A stretch of 64,000 bases of DNA, from assembly GCF_002854065.1 (NCBI RefSeq), contig NZ_CP024147.1. One strand, written 5' to 3'. The notes beneath the pieces are model-generated. The model was not told the origin of the DNA. It worked only from the letters and a program-made list of their open reading frames with translations, and ran no database searches. This stretch comes from Escherichia coli. GTDB taxonomy: Bacteria > Pseudomonadota > Gammaproteobacteria > Enterobacterales > Enterobacteriaceae. Both the position numbers and the translations under genes were made by a program. How positions within the stretch are numbered: the stretch's first letter is position 1; every line of letters starts with the position of its first letter. Shown here piece by piece: positions 35,461 through 49,036 of the stretch.

Positions 35461-37086
35461 TCAACCCTGCCCTTCAGGGGTGGGGTTACCTTGCTTATCC
35501 TCTGTAAACTCCTTTCTGAGCATCACATAATCGAAAACATCATGGTTTGCATCCACAACCCGTGAGTCTCCTTTATAGTGTGCAATCACTTCCTCAAGCG
35601 TTTGCGGCTGTTCCGGCTTTGTTACCCCCATCCACGCATTAATAAGGTAATTATTGTAAGCTGTAGAAAAGATGTTGTTTTCCGTTGTGCGATCCACACC
35701 ATCCCCAAGAACGGGGCTATACCAGATAAACATCGGAACATGATATGCCTGCTGGCTGGCCTCCCTGCCTCCATGAAAATAGACGTTCTTCTTCGTAGGG
35801 TCACGTTCCAGGCCGTGGTCGGCAAAATACATGACCGAGGCGCGGCGATCTTTTAATAATTCAAAAACCTGACCTAGCAAACTATCTGTGTAATGAATGG
35901 AGTTGTCATAGCAGGCATCCTGATCGTCCTGCGGTTGAAACACGGCGCTGGATTGCGGATAGGCGCTACAAGCCGGTTCATGGCTTCCATTTAAATGAAG
36001 AACAATCAGTTTCTTTTGCTGTGTATTTTGCTGTAATGCTTGCGATAAATGCGGCAACAACAATTCATCAAATCCTCTGACATAAACTGTTTCCATGGCG
36101 CGCATGGCGATACTGGTAACTGCTGTACCATTCTGCCGAAAAGCGGATTGCGAACTTAGCCAGAAAGTCTGAAATCCTGCTTGATTAGCCATATTAATAA
36201 TGTTGTCGGGGTAATTATGAATGTCATGGCTCAAAACAGAATCAGCAGTTAAAGAAAGGGGAACCGACAGCGCAGTGTAAGGTGCACCGCTTATTGCTTG
36301 ATTAAACAGTTTGATCTGTTTTCTTTGTGCTTCGATTTGCGGTGTCGTAGAGCGTGTATATCCATACAAAGACATATTGTCGACACGTACAGACTCCCCC
36401 ACAATCAACACGTAGGTATCAATACCTGTATCCCTGACTGATAATTGAAAATACGGCACTGTGTTTGCAATTGAGAGTAATCTTTGATGCTCTTTCGCTG
36501 CTAAAGCAAAATAATTGAGATTGAAAAACGGCGTATAGGTAGCAAATCGCGACGCTAGTATATATGGACTGAACGCATTTTTATTTTTGGCATCTTTATA
36601 AGCAAATTGACAAGCGGAAAATAAACTTCCCGAAATGACAATCAGCAATAATATTCCTGTCACTTTTTTTGTCGGCAAGGAAACATCATATTTTATTATT
36701 ACAGCCAAAAAAAGAAGGGATAAAAAGGCAAAAGCACATAGATAAGGGCTATACATTCCCAGCATTTTGACAACTTCATCCGGATCACTCTGCAGCACAC
36801 TAATCGCAAATCCATCATTGAAAGTTGTACCAAAGGTACACCATGAATAGAGGCTAATACTCATGTCTGCCGCAGTCAGTAACACAAATGGTGCGGCAAC
36901 AAGCAGGCGAAGCGGAAGGGATGATATACGTTTAACAACCAGGATGGTCAGAACGAAGAACAGCAATCGCTGAACCATATGCGCTCCGGAAGAGGCGACT
37001 AAGTTCGTAATACCAAAAACAATAACACTAAGATACAACAACCAATGAGATTTAAAACTTCTAGCAAATTTGTTGAATACTGTCAT
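35461..37086 (-). CDS. yhbX: sulfatase-domain phosphoethanolamine transferase family protein YhbX
   Basis: ATG at 37086 (MTVFNKFARSF...) gives 541 aa; N-terminal membrane segments plus sulfatase domain. Confidence 0.9.
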   Translation of the reverse strand: MTVFNKFARSFKSHWLLYLSVIVFGITNLVASSGAHMVQRLLFFVLTILVVKRISSLPLRLLVAAPFVLLTAADMSISLYSWCTFGTTFNDGFAISVLQSDPDEVVKMLGMYSPYLCAFAFLSLLFLAVIIKYDVSLPTKKVTGILLLIVISGSLFSACQFAYKDAKNKNAFSPYILASRFATYTPFFNLNYFALAAKEHQRLLSIANTVPYFQLSVRDTGIDTYVLIVGESVRVDNMSLYGYTRSTTPQIEAQRKQIKLFNQAISGAPYTALSVPLSLTADSVLSHDIHNYPDNIINMANQAGFQTFWLSSQSAFRQNGTAVTSIAMRAMETVYVRGFDELLLPHLSQALQQNTQQKKLIVLHLNGSHEPACSAYPQSSAVFQPQDDQDACYDNSIHYTDSLLGQVFELLKDRRASVMYFADHGLERDPTKKNVYFHGGREASQQAYHVPMFIWYSPVLGDGVDRTTENNIFSTAYNNYLINAWMGVTKPEQPQTLEEVIAHYKGDSRVVDANHDVFDYVMLRKEFTEDKQGNPTPEGQG

Positions 37087-37504
37087 CCAGAAATCCAAGT
37101 TCACAACCAATATAAACAATTATCAACAATGTGCAATTTTATATCAGACATGTTTTTCAACTCTGATCCATATCAGAACGAAACACTGTTAGTTTTTTCT
37201 TTTTAAATGATGCGGCCATTGCGTTCTCAGTAATTAAATAACATTATCAATGCGTCTCTAAACATTACGCAGAACGTAGCCATCAGTAGTTATACTGACA
37301 GGAGCAGGATGGTTTATCGAGAAGTAAACATATCCGTATTCGTACCGGAACTGGAGTTGACACAATAAAGTGCCAATTATGTCAGCAGTAGGGAAAAGTT
37401 TATAACGAAGGCGTACCGGCAACATCGTTTCAAGGTACCAGCTACGAGTAAAGCAACTGGACGAGATACAGATACCTGACAACCATTCCTCAGACCAGGA
37501 CCAA

Positions 37505-37532
37505 AACGAAAAAAGACGCTTTTCAGCGTCTC
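37505..37532 (-). terminator. intrinsic terminator downstream of leuU
   Basis: On the minus strand: agacgctgaaaagcgtct stem-loop followed by ttttt. Confidence 0.65.
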
Positions 37533-37544
37533 TTTTCTGGAATT

Positions 37545-37631
37545 TGGTACCGAGGACGGGACTTGAACCCGTAAGCCCTATTGGGCACTACCACCTCAAG
37601 GTAGCGTGTCTACCAATTCCACCACCTCGGC
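37545..37631 (-). tRNA. leuU: tRNA-Leu (anticodon GAG)
   Basis: Reverse complement reads GCCGAGGTGGTGGAATTGGTAGACACGCTACCTTGAGGTGGTAGTGCCCAATAGGGCTTACGGGTTCAAGTCCCGTCCTCGGTACCA; long variable arm, class II tRNA. Confidence 0.92.
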
Positions 37632-37645
37632 ACGGAAACTACTTT

Positions 37646-37978
37646 TTAGTTCGGGATATCGCTGGTCGGCTTAGCCGGAGCAGCTGGCTGAGTTTGTTCG
37701 GTTTTCGCCGGCGCACTCAGGTTTTCCCATTCGCTACCTTTATTGGTTTTGTTGCTATTGATGTTACCCAGCACCAGACTGATGATGAAGAATAACGTTG
37801 CCAGCAGCGCCGTCATGCGGGTCATGAAGTTACCAGAACCACTTGAACCAAACAGCGTAGCGGAAGCGCCTGCTCCGAAGGAGGCTCCCATATCAGCGCC
37901 TTTACCTTGCTGCAGCATGATCAGACCAACAAGGCCAATTGCCACAATAAGGAAAACTACCAAAAGAGCTTCGTACAT
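37646..37978 (-). CDS. secG: protein translocase subunit SecG
   Basis: ATG at 37978 (MYEALLVVFLIVAIG...), 110 aa. Confidence 0.93.
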   Translation of the reverse strand: MYEALLVVFLIVAIGLVGLIMLQQGKGADMGASFGAGASATLFGSSGSGNFMTRMTALLATLFFIISLVLGNINSNKTNKGSEWENLSAPAKTEQTQPAAPAKPTSDIPN

Positions 37979-38160
37979 AATCAACCTGTTCCTTGCGGAG
38001 TTGCCGCGTACCAATGCTTCAACCAATAAAGCGGGAGTTTTTAATCTTTCCCACTGAAGCGGGTGTGAATACTAACCAAAGCGAATGACCTTCGCAAGGG
38101 CAATTTTATCGCATTGTATCAACTGCGGAAAAAAACAGCAAAACCGATGTGTTCGCCGAG

Positions 38161-38188
38161 AAAAAAGGCGACAATCGCCGCCTTTTTA
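38161..38188 (-). terminator. intrinsic terminator downstream of glmM
   Basis: aaaaaaggcgacaatcgccgccttttta: GC stem-loop flanked by A/T runs. Confidence 0.65.
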
Positions 38189-38205
38189 GCCAGTTATCTA
38201 ACGCT

Positions 38206-39543
38206 TTAAACGGCTTTTACTGCATCGGCGATGCGGTGTGCAAATTCAGTCACCTGCGCTTCGTCTTCGCCTTCCACCATCACGCGAATTAACGGTTCGG
38301 TGCCGGATTTACGCAACAGCACACGTCCACGGCTACCCAGCGCCGCTTCAACTTCTGCGGTCACCGCTTTGACTGATTCATGCTCCAGCGGATCGCCGCT
38401 ACCTGCGGTGTAACGCACGTTTACCAGGATTTGCGGGAACATTTTCATGCCGCTGCAAAGGTCGTGCAGGCTCATATGGTTACGCGCCATCGCCGCCAGC
38501 ACCTGCAAACCAGCAACGATGCCGTCACCGGTAGTGGTTTCATCCAGCAGGATCACATGACCGGAATTCTCTGCACCGATACGCCAGCCTTTCTCCTGCA
38601 TTTTTTCCAGTACGTAGCGGTCACCCACTTTCGCGCGCGCAAATGGAATTCCTAACTGTTTCAGCGCCAGTTCAAGCCCCATGTTGCTCATCAATGTACC
38701 CACAGCGCCACCACGCAGCTGGCCCTGACGAAGACCTTCACGCGCGATGATATACATGATCTGATCGCCATCGACTTTATTGCCTTCATGGTCAACCATA
38801 ATCACGCGATCGCCGTCGCCGTCGAAGGCAATACCGAGATCCGCTTTTTCAGCCAGCACACGAGCCTGGAGCGCGCGAACGTCGGTAGCCCCCACTTCGG
38901 CATTGATGTTTACACCGTTCGGCTCACAACCGATAGCGATAACGTTCGCCCCGAGTTCACGCAGCACGTTCGGCGCGATGTGATAAGTCGCACCGTTTGC
39001 ACAATCCACCACAATCTTCAGTTCACTGAGGCTAAGTTCGTTCGGGAACGTGGCTTTGCAAAACTCGATATAGCGACCCGCGGCATCAACGATACGGCTG
39101 GCTTTACCCAGTTCTGCCGAATCAACGCAGCTGATCTCCTTTTCCATTTCCGCTTCGATGGCTTCTTCAACTGCATCCGGCAGCTTAGTACCGTCAATAG
39201 AAAAGAATTTAATGCCATTATCGTAGAACGGGTTATGCGATGCAGATATCACAATTCCGGCCTCTGCGCGGAAGGTACGCGTCAGATAAGCCACGGCCGG
39301 TGTTGGCATCGGGCCAGTGAAGAGTGCGGAAAGGCCCGCAGCCGCCAGCCCCGCTTCCAGTGCTGACTCCAGCATATAGCCAGAAATACGCGTATCTTTA
39401 CCAATAATAATCTTACGGGAGCCGTGGCGCGCCAGCACTTTACCCGCGGCCCAACCCAGCTTAAGCACAAAATCAGGTGTGATCGGCGCATCCCCTACAC
39501 GACCACGAATCCCATCGGTACCGAAATATTTACGATTACTCAT
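38206..39543 (-). CDS. glmM: phosphoglucosamine mutase
   Basis: ORF 445 aa with phosphohexomutase active site (…SASHNP…). Confidence 0.95.
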   Translation of the reverse strand: MSNRKYFGTDGIRGRVGDAPITPDFVLKLGWAAGKVLARHGSRKIIIGKDTRISGYMLESALEAGLAAAGLSALFTGPMPTPAVAYLTRTFRAEAGIVISASHNPFYDNGIKFFSIDGTKLPDAVEEAIEAEMEKEISCVDSAELGKASRIVDAAGRYIEFCKATFPNELSLSELKIVVDCANGATYHIAPNVLRELGANVIAIGCEPNGVNINAEVGATDVRALQARVLAEKADLGIAFDGDGDRVIMVDHEGNKVDGDQIMYIIAREGLRQGQLRGGAVGTLMSNMGLELALKQLGIPFARAKVGDRYVLEKMQEKGWRIGAENSGHVILLDETTTGDGIVAGLQVLAAMARNHMSLHDLCSGMKMFPQILVNVRYTAGSGDPLEHESVKAVTAEVEAALGSRGRVLLRKSGTEPLIRVMVEGEDEAQVTEFAHRIADAVKAV

Positions 39544-40384
39544 AGCGTTTGTTTTCCTTTGCAGACAGAGTAGCTTCCACCACTCGCATCGCTTCTACGG
39601 TTTCTTTGACGTCATGAACACGAATAATGTGCGCGCCTTGCATTGCGGCAATGACCGCACAGGCCAGACTACCGCTCAGGCGCTCGGACGGCCCCACGTT
39701 CAGCAGCTGCCCAATCATCGATTTTCGTGACATACCCACCAACAGCGGCAGGTTGAAATGGTGAAATTCAGCCAGGCGCGCCAGTAATGAATAGTTATGG
39801 GAGAGATTTTTACCGAAACCGAATCCGGGGTCGAGCAACAATTTCTCTTTTGCGATACCCGCCTGCTCGCAACGTGCTATTTGCTCAATAAAGTAGCGAT
39901 TCACTTCTGCAAAGACATCGTCATACTTCGGGGCTTCCTGCATGGTTTTTGGATTTCCCTGCATATGCATCAGACAAACCGGTAAACCGGTTTCTGCAGC
40001 CGCCTCCAGAGCGCCAGGTTCGGAAAGGGAGCGGATATCGTTAATAATGTGAGCGCCAACTTTCGCTGACTCACGGATGACTTCTGGTTTGGATGTATCG
40101 ACCGAGATCCAGACTTCGAAGCGTTGAGCAATTGCCTCAACCACAGGAATAACACGTTGCAACTCTTCTTCAACGCTAACTTCCGCCGCCCCTGGCCGCG
40201 TGGACTCGCCACCAACGTCAATGATCGTCGCGCCAGCGTTGATCATCAGATTCGCATGTTTCACCGCATCTATCAGCGAGTTATGCGTGCCACCATCCGA
40301 AAAGGAATCAGGCGTGACGTTGAGGATCCCCATTACGTGAGGATGGCTAAGGTCCAGTGAAGTACCCTGGGCAAAGAGTTTCAT
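39536..40384 (-). CDS. folP: dihydropteroate synthase
   Basis: ATG at 40384 ([32 protein letters not shown]...), 282 aa. Confidence 0.93.
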
Positions 40385-40410
40385 GATGTTATCCCTGGTA
40401 TGAATTGATA

Positions 40411-40443
40411 AGAAAAAACCCCGGAGCACGCCCCGGGGTTTTC
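40411..40443 (-). terminator. intrinsic terminator downstream of ftsH
   Basis: On the minus strand: aaaaccccggggcgtgctccggggtttttt. Confidence 0.65.
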
Positions 40444-40473
40444 GGTACAAATACAGTCATCTGATGCGGGAAC

Positions 40474-42408
40474 TTACTTGTCGCCTAACTGCTCTGACAT
40501 GGTGTTACCCGGGTTCGGCGTACGCGGTTCATCAACCGGACGAGGAGCCTTTGGACTACCATTGTCGCCAGAATTGTTAGAAGCGCCTGGTTCTTCCCAG
40601 CCCGCTGGCGGACGTACATCGCGACGTGCCATCAGGTCATCAATCTGCGGTGCGTCGATAGTCTCATATTTCATGAGAGCATCTTTCATCGCATGCAGAA
40701 TATCCATATTGTCGGTCAGAAGCTGACGCGCACGATTATAGTTACGCTCAATCAGTGCTTTCACTTCCTGGTCGATGATACGTGCAGTTTCATCGGACAT
40801 ATGTTTCGCTTTCGCTACGCTACGGCCGAGGAACACTTCACCTTCTTCTTCCGCGTACAGCAGTGGACCCAATTTCTCAGAGAAGCCCCACTGAGTCACC
40901 ATGTTACGTGCCAGGTTGGTCGCAACTTTAATATCGTTGGACGCACCGGTAGAAACATGTTCCGGCCCGTAGATGATCTCTTCTGCCAGACGACCACCGT
41001 ACAGCGTAGAAATCTGGCTTTCCAGTTTCTGACGGCTGGCGCTGATTGCGTCGCCCTCAGGCAAGAAGAAAGTCACACCCAGCGCACGACCGCGTGGGAT
41101 AATCGTCACTTTGTGCACCGGATCGTGCTCCGGCACCAGGCGACCGATAATCGCATGACCCGCTTCGTGGTAAGCCGTCGATTCTTTCTGCGCTTCCGTC
41201 ATCACCATGGAGCGACGTTCCGCACCCATCATGATTTTGTCTTTCGCTTTCTCGAACTCAACCATCGACACAACGCGTTTGTTGCCACGAGCAGCGAACA
41301 GTGCCGCTTCGTTCACCAGGTTCGCCAGGTCAGCACCGGAGAAACCAGGAGTACCACGGGCAATGATTGCCGCGTCGATATCGGGTGCCAATGGTACGCG
41401 ACGCATGTGAACCTTCAGGATCTGCTCACGACCGCGAACATCTGGCAAGCCAACCACAACCTGACGGTCGAAACGGCCAGGACGCAGCAGCGCTGGGTCG
41501 AGAACGTCCGGACGGTTAGTCGCGGCGATAACGATGATACCTTCGTTACCTTCGAAGCCATCCATCTCAACCAGCATCTGGTTCAGAGTCTGTTCACGTT
41601 CATCGTGACCACCGCCCAGACCTGCGCCACGCTGGCGGCCTACGGCGTCGATTTCATCGATAAAGATGATGCACGGTGCCGCTTTCTTCGCCTGTTCGAA
41701 CATGTCACGAACACGGGATGCACCCACACCGACGAACATTTCTACGAAGTCAGAACCGGAGATAGTAAAGAACGGAACTTTCGCTTCGCCTGCAATCGCT
41801 TTCGCCAGCAGCGTTTTACCGGTACCCGGAGGACCGACCATCAGGACGCCTTTCGGGATCTTACCGCCGAGTTTCTGGAAGCGGCTCGGCTCGCGCAGAT
41901 ACTCAACCAGTTCAGCAACTTCTTCTTTTGCTTCGTCGCAGCCCGCAACGTCAGCAAAGGTCGTTTTGATCTGATCTTCCGTCAGCATGCGCGCTTTGCT
42001 CTTACCAAACGACATGGCACCTTTGCCACCGCCGCCCTGCATTTGACGCATGAAGAAGATCCAGACACCAATCAGCAACAGCATCGGGAACCAGGAGATG
42101 AAGATAGAAGCCAGCAGGCTTGGTTCTTCAGGCGGTTCACCGACAACCTTGACGTTCTTGGTCAACAGGTTATCCAGTAATTTCGGATCCTGAACCGGAA
42201 TGTAAGTGGTATAACGGTTACTATCTTTCTTGGTAACGTTGATTTCACGTCCGTTGATACGCGCTTCACGAACCTGGTCGTTATTGACCTCTTGTAGGAA
42301 GGTAGAGTAATCCACCTTACGGCCATTAGACTCGCTGGGCCCAAAGCTCTGGAATACTGACATCAGCACAACGGCAATGACCAGCCAGAGTATTAGGTTT
42401 TTCGCCAT
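40474..42408 (-). CDS. ftsH: ATP-dependent zinc metalloprotease FtsH
   Basis: ATG at 42408 ([14 protein letters not shown]...) gives 644 aa; AAA+ Walker motifs (GPPGTGKT) and HEAGH zinc site. Confidence 0.95.
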
Positions 42409-42507
42409 GTCACTCAAGGGATTAACCTCTTATTACAACTGTGTTAAAAACAGCGTCAGGATACTCTATATCCAGCATCTTTCAAACTTTCGTCTGAAAT
42501 CTCCCGG

Positions 42508-43137
42508 TTAGGGTTTACGCCCGGTCGCTACAATATACACTTCCCGCGAACGTGCACGAGAAGAGTCCGGCTTACGAACTTTGACCTTCGTAAACAGGGA
42601 GCGAATTTCCCTTAGATACTCATCGAAACCTTCGCCCTGGAACACCTTCACTACAAAACTGCCACCTGGCGCTAATACATCACGACACATTTCTAGCGCC
42701 AGTTCCACCAGATACATGGCACGGGGGATATCCACCGCCGGTGTTCCGCTCATGTTTGGTGCCATATCGGACATGACAACCTGGACTTTGCTGTCGCCAA
42801 CGCGCTCCAGCAGTGCTTTCATCACCAGTTCATCACGAAAATCGCCCTGAAGAAAGTCCACACCAACGATAGGATCCATAGGTAAAAGATCGCAAGCGAT
42901 GATGCGGCCTTTGCCGCCAATTTGGGTGACCACATATTGTGACCAACCACCCGGAGCAGCACCAAGGTCGACAACCGTCATTCCCGGTTTAAAGAGTTTG
43001 TCACTTTGCTGTATTTCATCAAGTTTAAACCAGGCACGGGAACGTAACCCCTTTTTCTGTGCCTGTTGAACATATTTATCGCTAAAGTGTTCCTGAAGCC
43101 AGCGGCTGGAGCTGGCAGAACGCTTCTTACCTGTCAT
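42508..43137 (-). CDS. rlmE: 23S rRNA (uridine2552-2'-O)-methyltransferase RlmE (FtsJ)
   Basis: ORF 209 aa matching RlmE. Confidence 0.95.
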
Positions 43138-43262
43138 TTAACTTTCCCATGGGGATAACTCATCGTAACCAATTGCGTAAATTTTTACGCGCCTATTTGG
43201 TGATATATGGGAGATGGCGGTAGAATGACCCGTTTTCAATCCCAACGTAAGCAAAAAATACG

Positions 43263-43556
43263 ATGAATCTGAGTACTAAACAAAAACAGCACCTGAAAGG
43301 TCTGGCACATCCGCTCAAGCCAGTTGTTCTGCTTGGCAGTAATGGTTTGACCGAAGGGGTGCTGGCCGAGATTGAACAAGCGTTAGAGCACCATGAACTC
43401 ATCAAGGTGAAAATCGCCACCGAAGATCGCGAAACTAAAACCTTGATCGTGGAAGCTATCGTGCGCGAAACCGGCGCCTGTAATGTACAGGTCATCGGTA
43501 AAACGCTGGTGCTTTATCGCCCAACTAAAGAACGTAAAATCTCGCTGCCACGCTAA
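43263..43556 (+). CDS. yhbY: CRS1/YhbY-type RNA-binding protein
   Basis: ORF 97 aa matching YhbY. Confidence 0.93.
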   Translation: MNLSTKQKQHLKGLAHPLKPVVLLGSNGLTEGVLAEIEQALEHHELIKVKIATEDRETKTLIVEAIVRETGACNVQVIGKTLVLYRPTKERKISLPR

Positions 43557-43644
43557 GATTATCCTAAAGTTACACACATTTGCTGTGTAAAACGAGGGGT
43601 TTTCCGCAGGCAGGAGAGCAAAATGCCACGCTCTGTTCGTTGAT

Positions 43645-43668
43645 AAAAGGCCGCATAGCGGCCTTTTT
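43645..43668. terminator. bidirectional intrinsic terminator between convergent yhbY and greA
   Basis: aaaaggccgcatagcggccttttt: perfect 8-bp stem flanked by A-run and T-run. Confidence 0.65.
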
Positions 43669-43711
43669 CCTTTCTTTACAATACATCAACATTTTGAGTA
43701 TTGGGTAATTC

Positions 43712-44188
<477 letters not shown>

Positions 44189-44435
44189 TTGTTATACCTC
44201 TTGAATATTCCTGATGGGGCAAGTCTTCACCCACCCCGGCTGTTCGGCCTGCCCGGCATAACTCCTCACCGGGACCAGAAGCAAAAAAATACCGACCCGG
44301 GTACAAGTCCCAGGTCAGCTACAATTCACATTTTGATAGTCATTTTACCCTGAAGTTCCCGAAGGGTCATCGTTTACTTTATAGGGCGTTGCGCCGTAGT
44401 ATGACGGCTCGATTCCAGGTTGTTAGCGCGAGATT

Positions 44436-45869
44436 ATGCGATTTTCCAGATTTATCATCGGATTGACCAGCTGTATAGCGTTCAGTGTTCAGGCCGCGAA
44501 TGTTGATGAGTACGTTACTCAACTCCCCGCTGGTGCCAACCTTGCCCTGATGGTGCAAAAAGTCGGCGCGTCGGCCCCCGCTATTGATTACCACAGTCAG
44601 CAGATGGCGCTGCCCGCCAGTACCCAGAAAGTGATTACTGCGCTGGCGGCGTTGATTCAACTCGGCCCCGATTTTCGTTTCACCACGACGCTTGAAACCA
44701 AAGGCAATGTGGAAAACGGCGTACTTAAGGGTGACTTAGTGGCGCGATTTGGTGCCGATCCGACGTTAAAACGTCAGGATATTCGCAATATGGTCGCGAC
44801 TGTGAAAAAATCTGGCGTCAACCAAATCGATGGCAATGTGTTGATAGATACCTCCATTTTCGCCAGCCACGATAAAGCCCCCGGCTGGCCATGGAATGAC
44901 ATGACACAATGCTTTAGCGCTCCGCCTGCCGCTGCCATAGTTGACCGCAACTGTTTCTCCGTCTCGCTCTACAGTGCCCCAAAACCTGGTGATATGGCTT
45001 TTATACGCGTGGCATCTTATTACCCCGTTACGATGTTCAGCCAGGTACGCACCCTCCCCCGTGGTTCTGCCGAAGCGCAATACTGCGAACTGGATGTCGT
45101 ACCAGGCGACCTGAACCGCTTTACGCTGACGGGATGCCTGCCACAACGTTCTGAGCCGCTCCCGTTGGCTTTTGCCGTGCAGGATGGAGCCAGCTATGCC
45201 GGGGCAATTCTGAAAGATGAGTTAAAACAGGCAGGTATCACCTGGAGCGGAACACTGCTGCGCCAGACTCAGGTTAACGAACCTGGAACGATAGTTGCCA
45301 GTAAACAGTCGGCCCCGTTGCACGATCTGCTTAAGATTATGCTGAAAAAGTCGGACAACATGATCGCCGATACGGTTTTCCGCATGATAGGCCATGCGCG
45401 CTTCAATGTGCCTGGAACATGGCGGACCGGGTCGGACGCTGTGCGTCAGATCCTGCGCCAGCAAGCCGGTGTCGATATTGGAAACACCATTATTGCCGAT
45501 GGTTCAGGGCTTTCGCGGCATAACCTGATTGCCCCCGCCACCATGATGCAGGTGCTGCAATACATTGCCCAACACGACAATGAACTTAACTTTATCTCCA
45601 TGCTGCCGCTAGCGGGCTATGACGGCTCTTTGCAGTACCGTGCAGGTCTGCATCAGGCGGGCGTGGATGGAAAAGTCTCAGCGAAAACCGGTTCGTTGCA
45701 GGGGGTATATAACCTGGCGGGATTCATTACCACAGCGAGCGGGCAACGAATGGCGTTTGTACAATATCTTTCTGGCTATGCAGTAGAACCGGCGGATCAG
45801 CGTAATCGCCGTATTCCGTTAGTGCGTTTTGAAAGCCGTTTGTATAAAGATATTTATCAGAACAATTAG
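44436..45869 (+). CDS. dacB: D-alanyl-D-alanine carboxypeptidase/endopeptidase PBP4
   Basis: ORF 477 aa with signal peptide and STQK active-site motif. Confidence 0.95.
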   Translation: MRFSRFIIGLTSCIAFSVQAANVDEYVTQLPAGANLALMVQKVGASAPAIDYHSQQMALPASTQKVITALAALIQLGPDFRFTTTLETKGNVENGVLKGDLVARFGADPTLKRQDIRNMVATVKKSGVNQIDGNVLIDTSIFASHDKAPGWPWNDMTQCFSAPPAAAIVDRNCFSVSLYSAPKPGDMAFIRVASYYPVTMFSQVRTLPRGSAEAQYCELDVVPGDLNRFTLTGCLPQRSEPLPLAFAVQDGASYAGAILKDELKQAGITWSGTLLRQTQVNEPGTIVASKQSAPLHDLLKIMLKKSDNMIADTVFRMIGHARFNVPGTWRTGSDAVRQILRQQAGVDIGNTIIADGSGLSRHNLIAPATMMQVLQYIAQHDNELNFISMLPLAGYDGSLQYRAGLHQAGVDGKVSAKTGSLQGVYNLAGFITTASGQRMAFVQYLSGYAVEPADQRNRRIPLVRFESRLYKDIYQNN

Positions 45870-45871
45870 TC

Positions 45872-45906
45872 AAAAAGAACCCCCGGCACATGGCCGGGGT
45901 TTTGCT
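45872..45906. terminator. bidirectional intrinsic terminator between convergent dacB and obgE
   Basis: aaaaagaacccccggcacatggccggggttttgc. Confidence 0.65.
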
Positions 45907-45908
45907 GA

Positions 45909-47096
<1,188 letters not shown>

Positions 47097-48062
47097 TCAT
47101 TCGCCTGCGCGGGGTTGCGATACCACCGTTGTATGCTTACGTAATCCGCCCCAAATACGATGACCAATGGCGGAATACATCGCGCCCGCAACCACGACAA
47201 ACGCACCGAGATAACCTAAAAGGTTTAACATCGGTCTGGCGAAGAAATCGGGCCAGGCCAGTGATAAAAGATCTGAAAAAAACAGCGTAAACAGTGGGGT
47301 GAGCGTGATGATCGCGCTCACCTGCGCTGCCTGCCAGCGAGCCATCGCTTCCGCCAGGGCGCCATATCCTACCAAGGTATTCAGTCCGCAAAAAATTAAA
47401 CATGCGAGCTGCCAGTGGCTAAGCTGCGCTATCACTCCAGGCTTTGCCAGAGGGAAGAGCGCAATTGTACATAAAGTGTACAGTAAAAACAGGATCTGCG
47501 GTGAGGCCAACCGACGCAATAAAACCTTTTGCGCCACGCCATAACTCACCCACACCGTCGCCGCACCGACCCCAAAGATTACTCCCCAGGTGTAATCGGT
47601 GAGCTTGGTAAATATCTCGACCAGACTGGTGTTAAAAAACATCACCAGGCCGCTCAGGAGCATCAATGCCCCTACAACCTGAGTGCTGCGCATTTTCTCT
47701 TTCAGGATAAATACGCTGGCAACCATCATGCCAACTGGCGAGAGTTGCCCAATCACCTGCGAAGCGGTCGGACTCAGGTATTGCAAGGATGAGCTGAACA
47801 GGATGAAGTTCCCAAACAGCCCGGCGGTCGCCACTGCCAACAAAATCAACCAGCGTGGCTTACGAAACACGCGTAATGGCGGCAACCTCTTCTTCACCGC
47901 AAGAATGGCACCAAGGCCAATACTCGCCATCAAGAAACGGTAAAACACGATTGTCGGAGGTTCCATCACCTCCAGCACCTGCTTCATTGCAATTGGCAAC
48001 GCCCCCCAGCAAATTGCTGTGGTGAGCGCCAAAAGAATGCCAATGCCTGCCTGCTGCTTCAT
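47097..48062 (-). CDS. yhbE: EamA/DMT family inner membrane transporter YhbE
   Basis: ORF 321 aa, 10-TM EamA-type sequence. Confidence 0.92.
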   Translation of the reverse strand: MKQQAGIGILLALTTAICWGALPIAMKQVLEVMEPPTIVFYRFLMASIGLGAILAVKKRLPPLRVFRKPRWLILLAVATAGLFGNFILFSSSLQYLSPTASQVIGQLSPVGMMVASVFILKEKMRSTQVVGALMLLSGLVMFFNTSLVEIFTKLTDYTWGVIFGVGAATVWVSYGVAQKVLLRRLASPQILFLLYTLCTIALFPLAKPGVIAQLSHWQLACLIFCGLNTLVGYGALAEAMARWQAAQVSAIITLTPLFTLFFSDLLSLAWPDFFARPMLNLLGYLGAFVVVAGAMYSAIGHRIWGGLRKHTTVVSQPRAGE

Positions 48063-48134
48063 ACCGTATTCCCTGCAAAGCGCATTTGCGGATTAACGTC
48101 GCACCATGCGCATTTTTACCGGTTATCGAATGTA

Positions 48135-48165
48135 AAAAGCCCCGCAACGTGTTGCGGGGCTTTCA
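48135..48165 (-). terminator. intrinsic terminator downstream of rpmA
   Basis: aaaaagccccgcaacgtgttgcggggctttc. Confidence 0.7.
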
Positions 48166-48188
48166 TCCGTTACCGGGACGCGAAAAAC

Positions 48189-48814
<626 letters not shown>

Positions 48815-49036
48815 TCAGAGTGCGCTATAAATATTCACAATAGGGCGCGAATATTACGCAAAACGCACGCCTTTGACAAGTGCTACAGTCAATACACGAA
48901 GAAAAAAAACACAACTTGTACGGTAACGTTTATCTGTGCCATTTTTTCAGTACAATCACCCTATATTCCTAACCATAAACCCTAAGTTGCCTTTGTTCAC
49001 AGTAAGGTAATCGGGGCGAAAAGCCCGGCTTTTGCG

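Noticed and set aside
37258-37482. 74-aa minus-strand ORF in the yhbX-leuU intergenic region
   Set aside because: Would need a TTG start without convincing SD; low-complexity translation; region is better explained as yhbX promoter/leader
37442-37486. 14-codon ORF (MVVRYLYLVQLLYS) with a GAGGA SD-like sequence on the minus strand between leuU and yhbX
   Set aside because: Too short and unsupported to call; no attenuator-like structure follows; kept only as a note
40693-42180. 495-aa ORF on the plus strand
   Set aside because: Antisense to ftsH; shadow ORF
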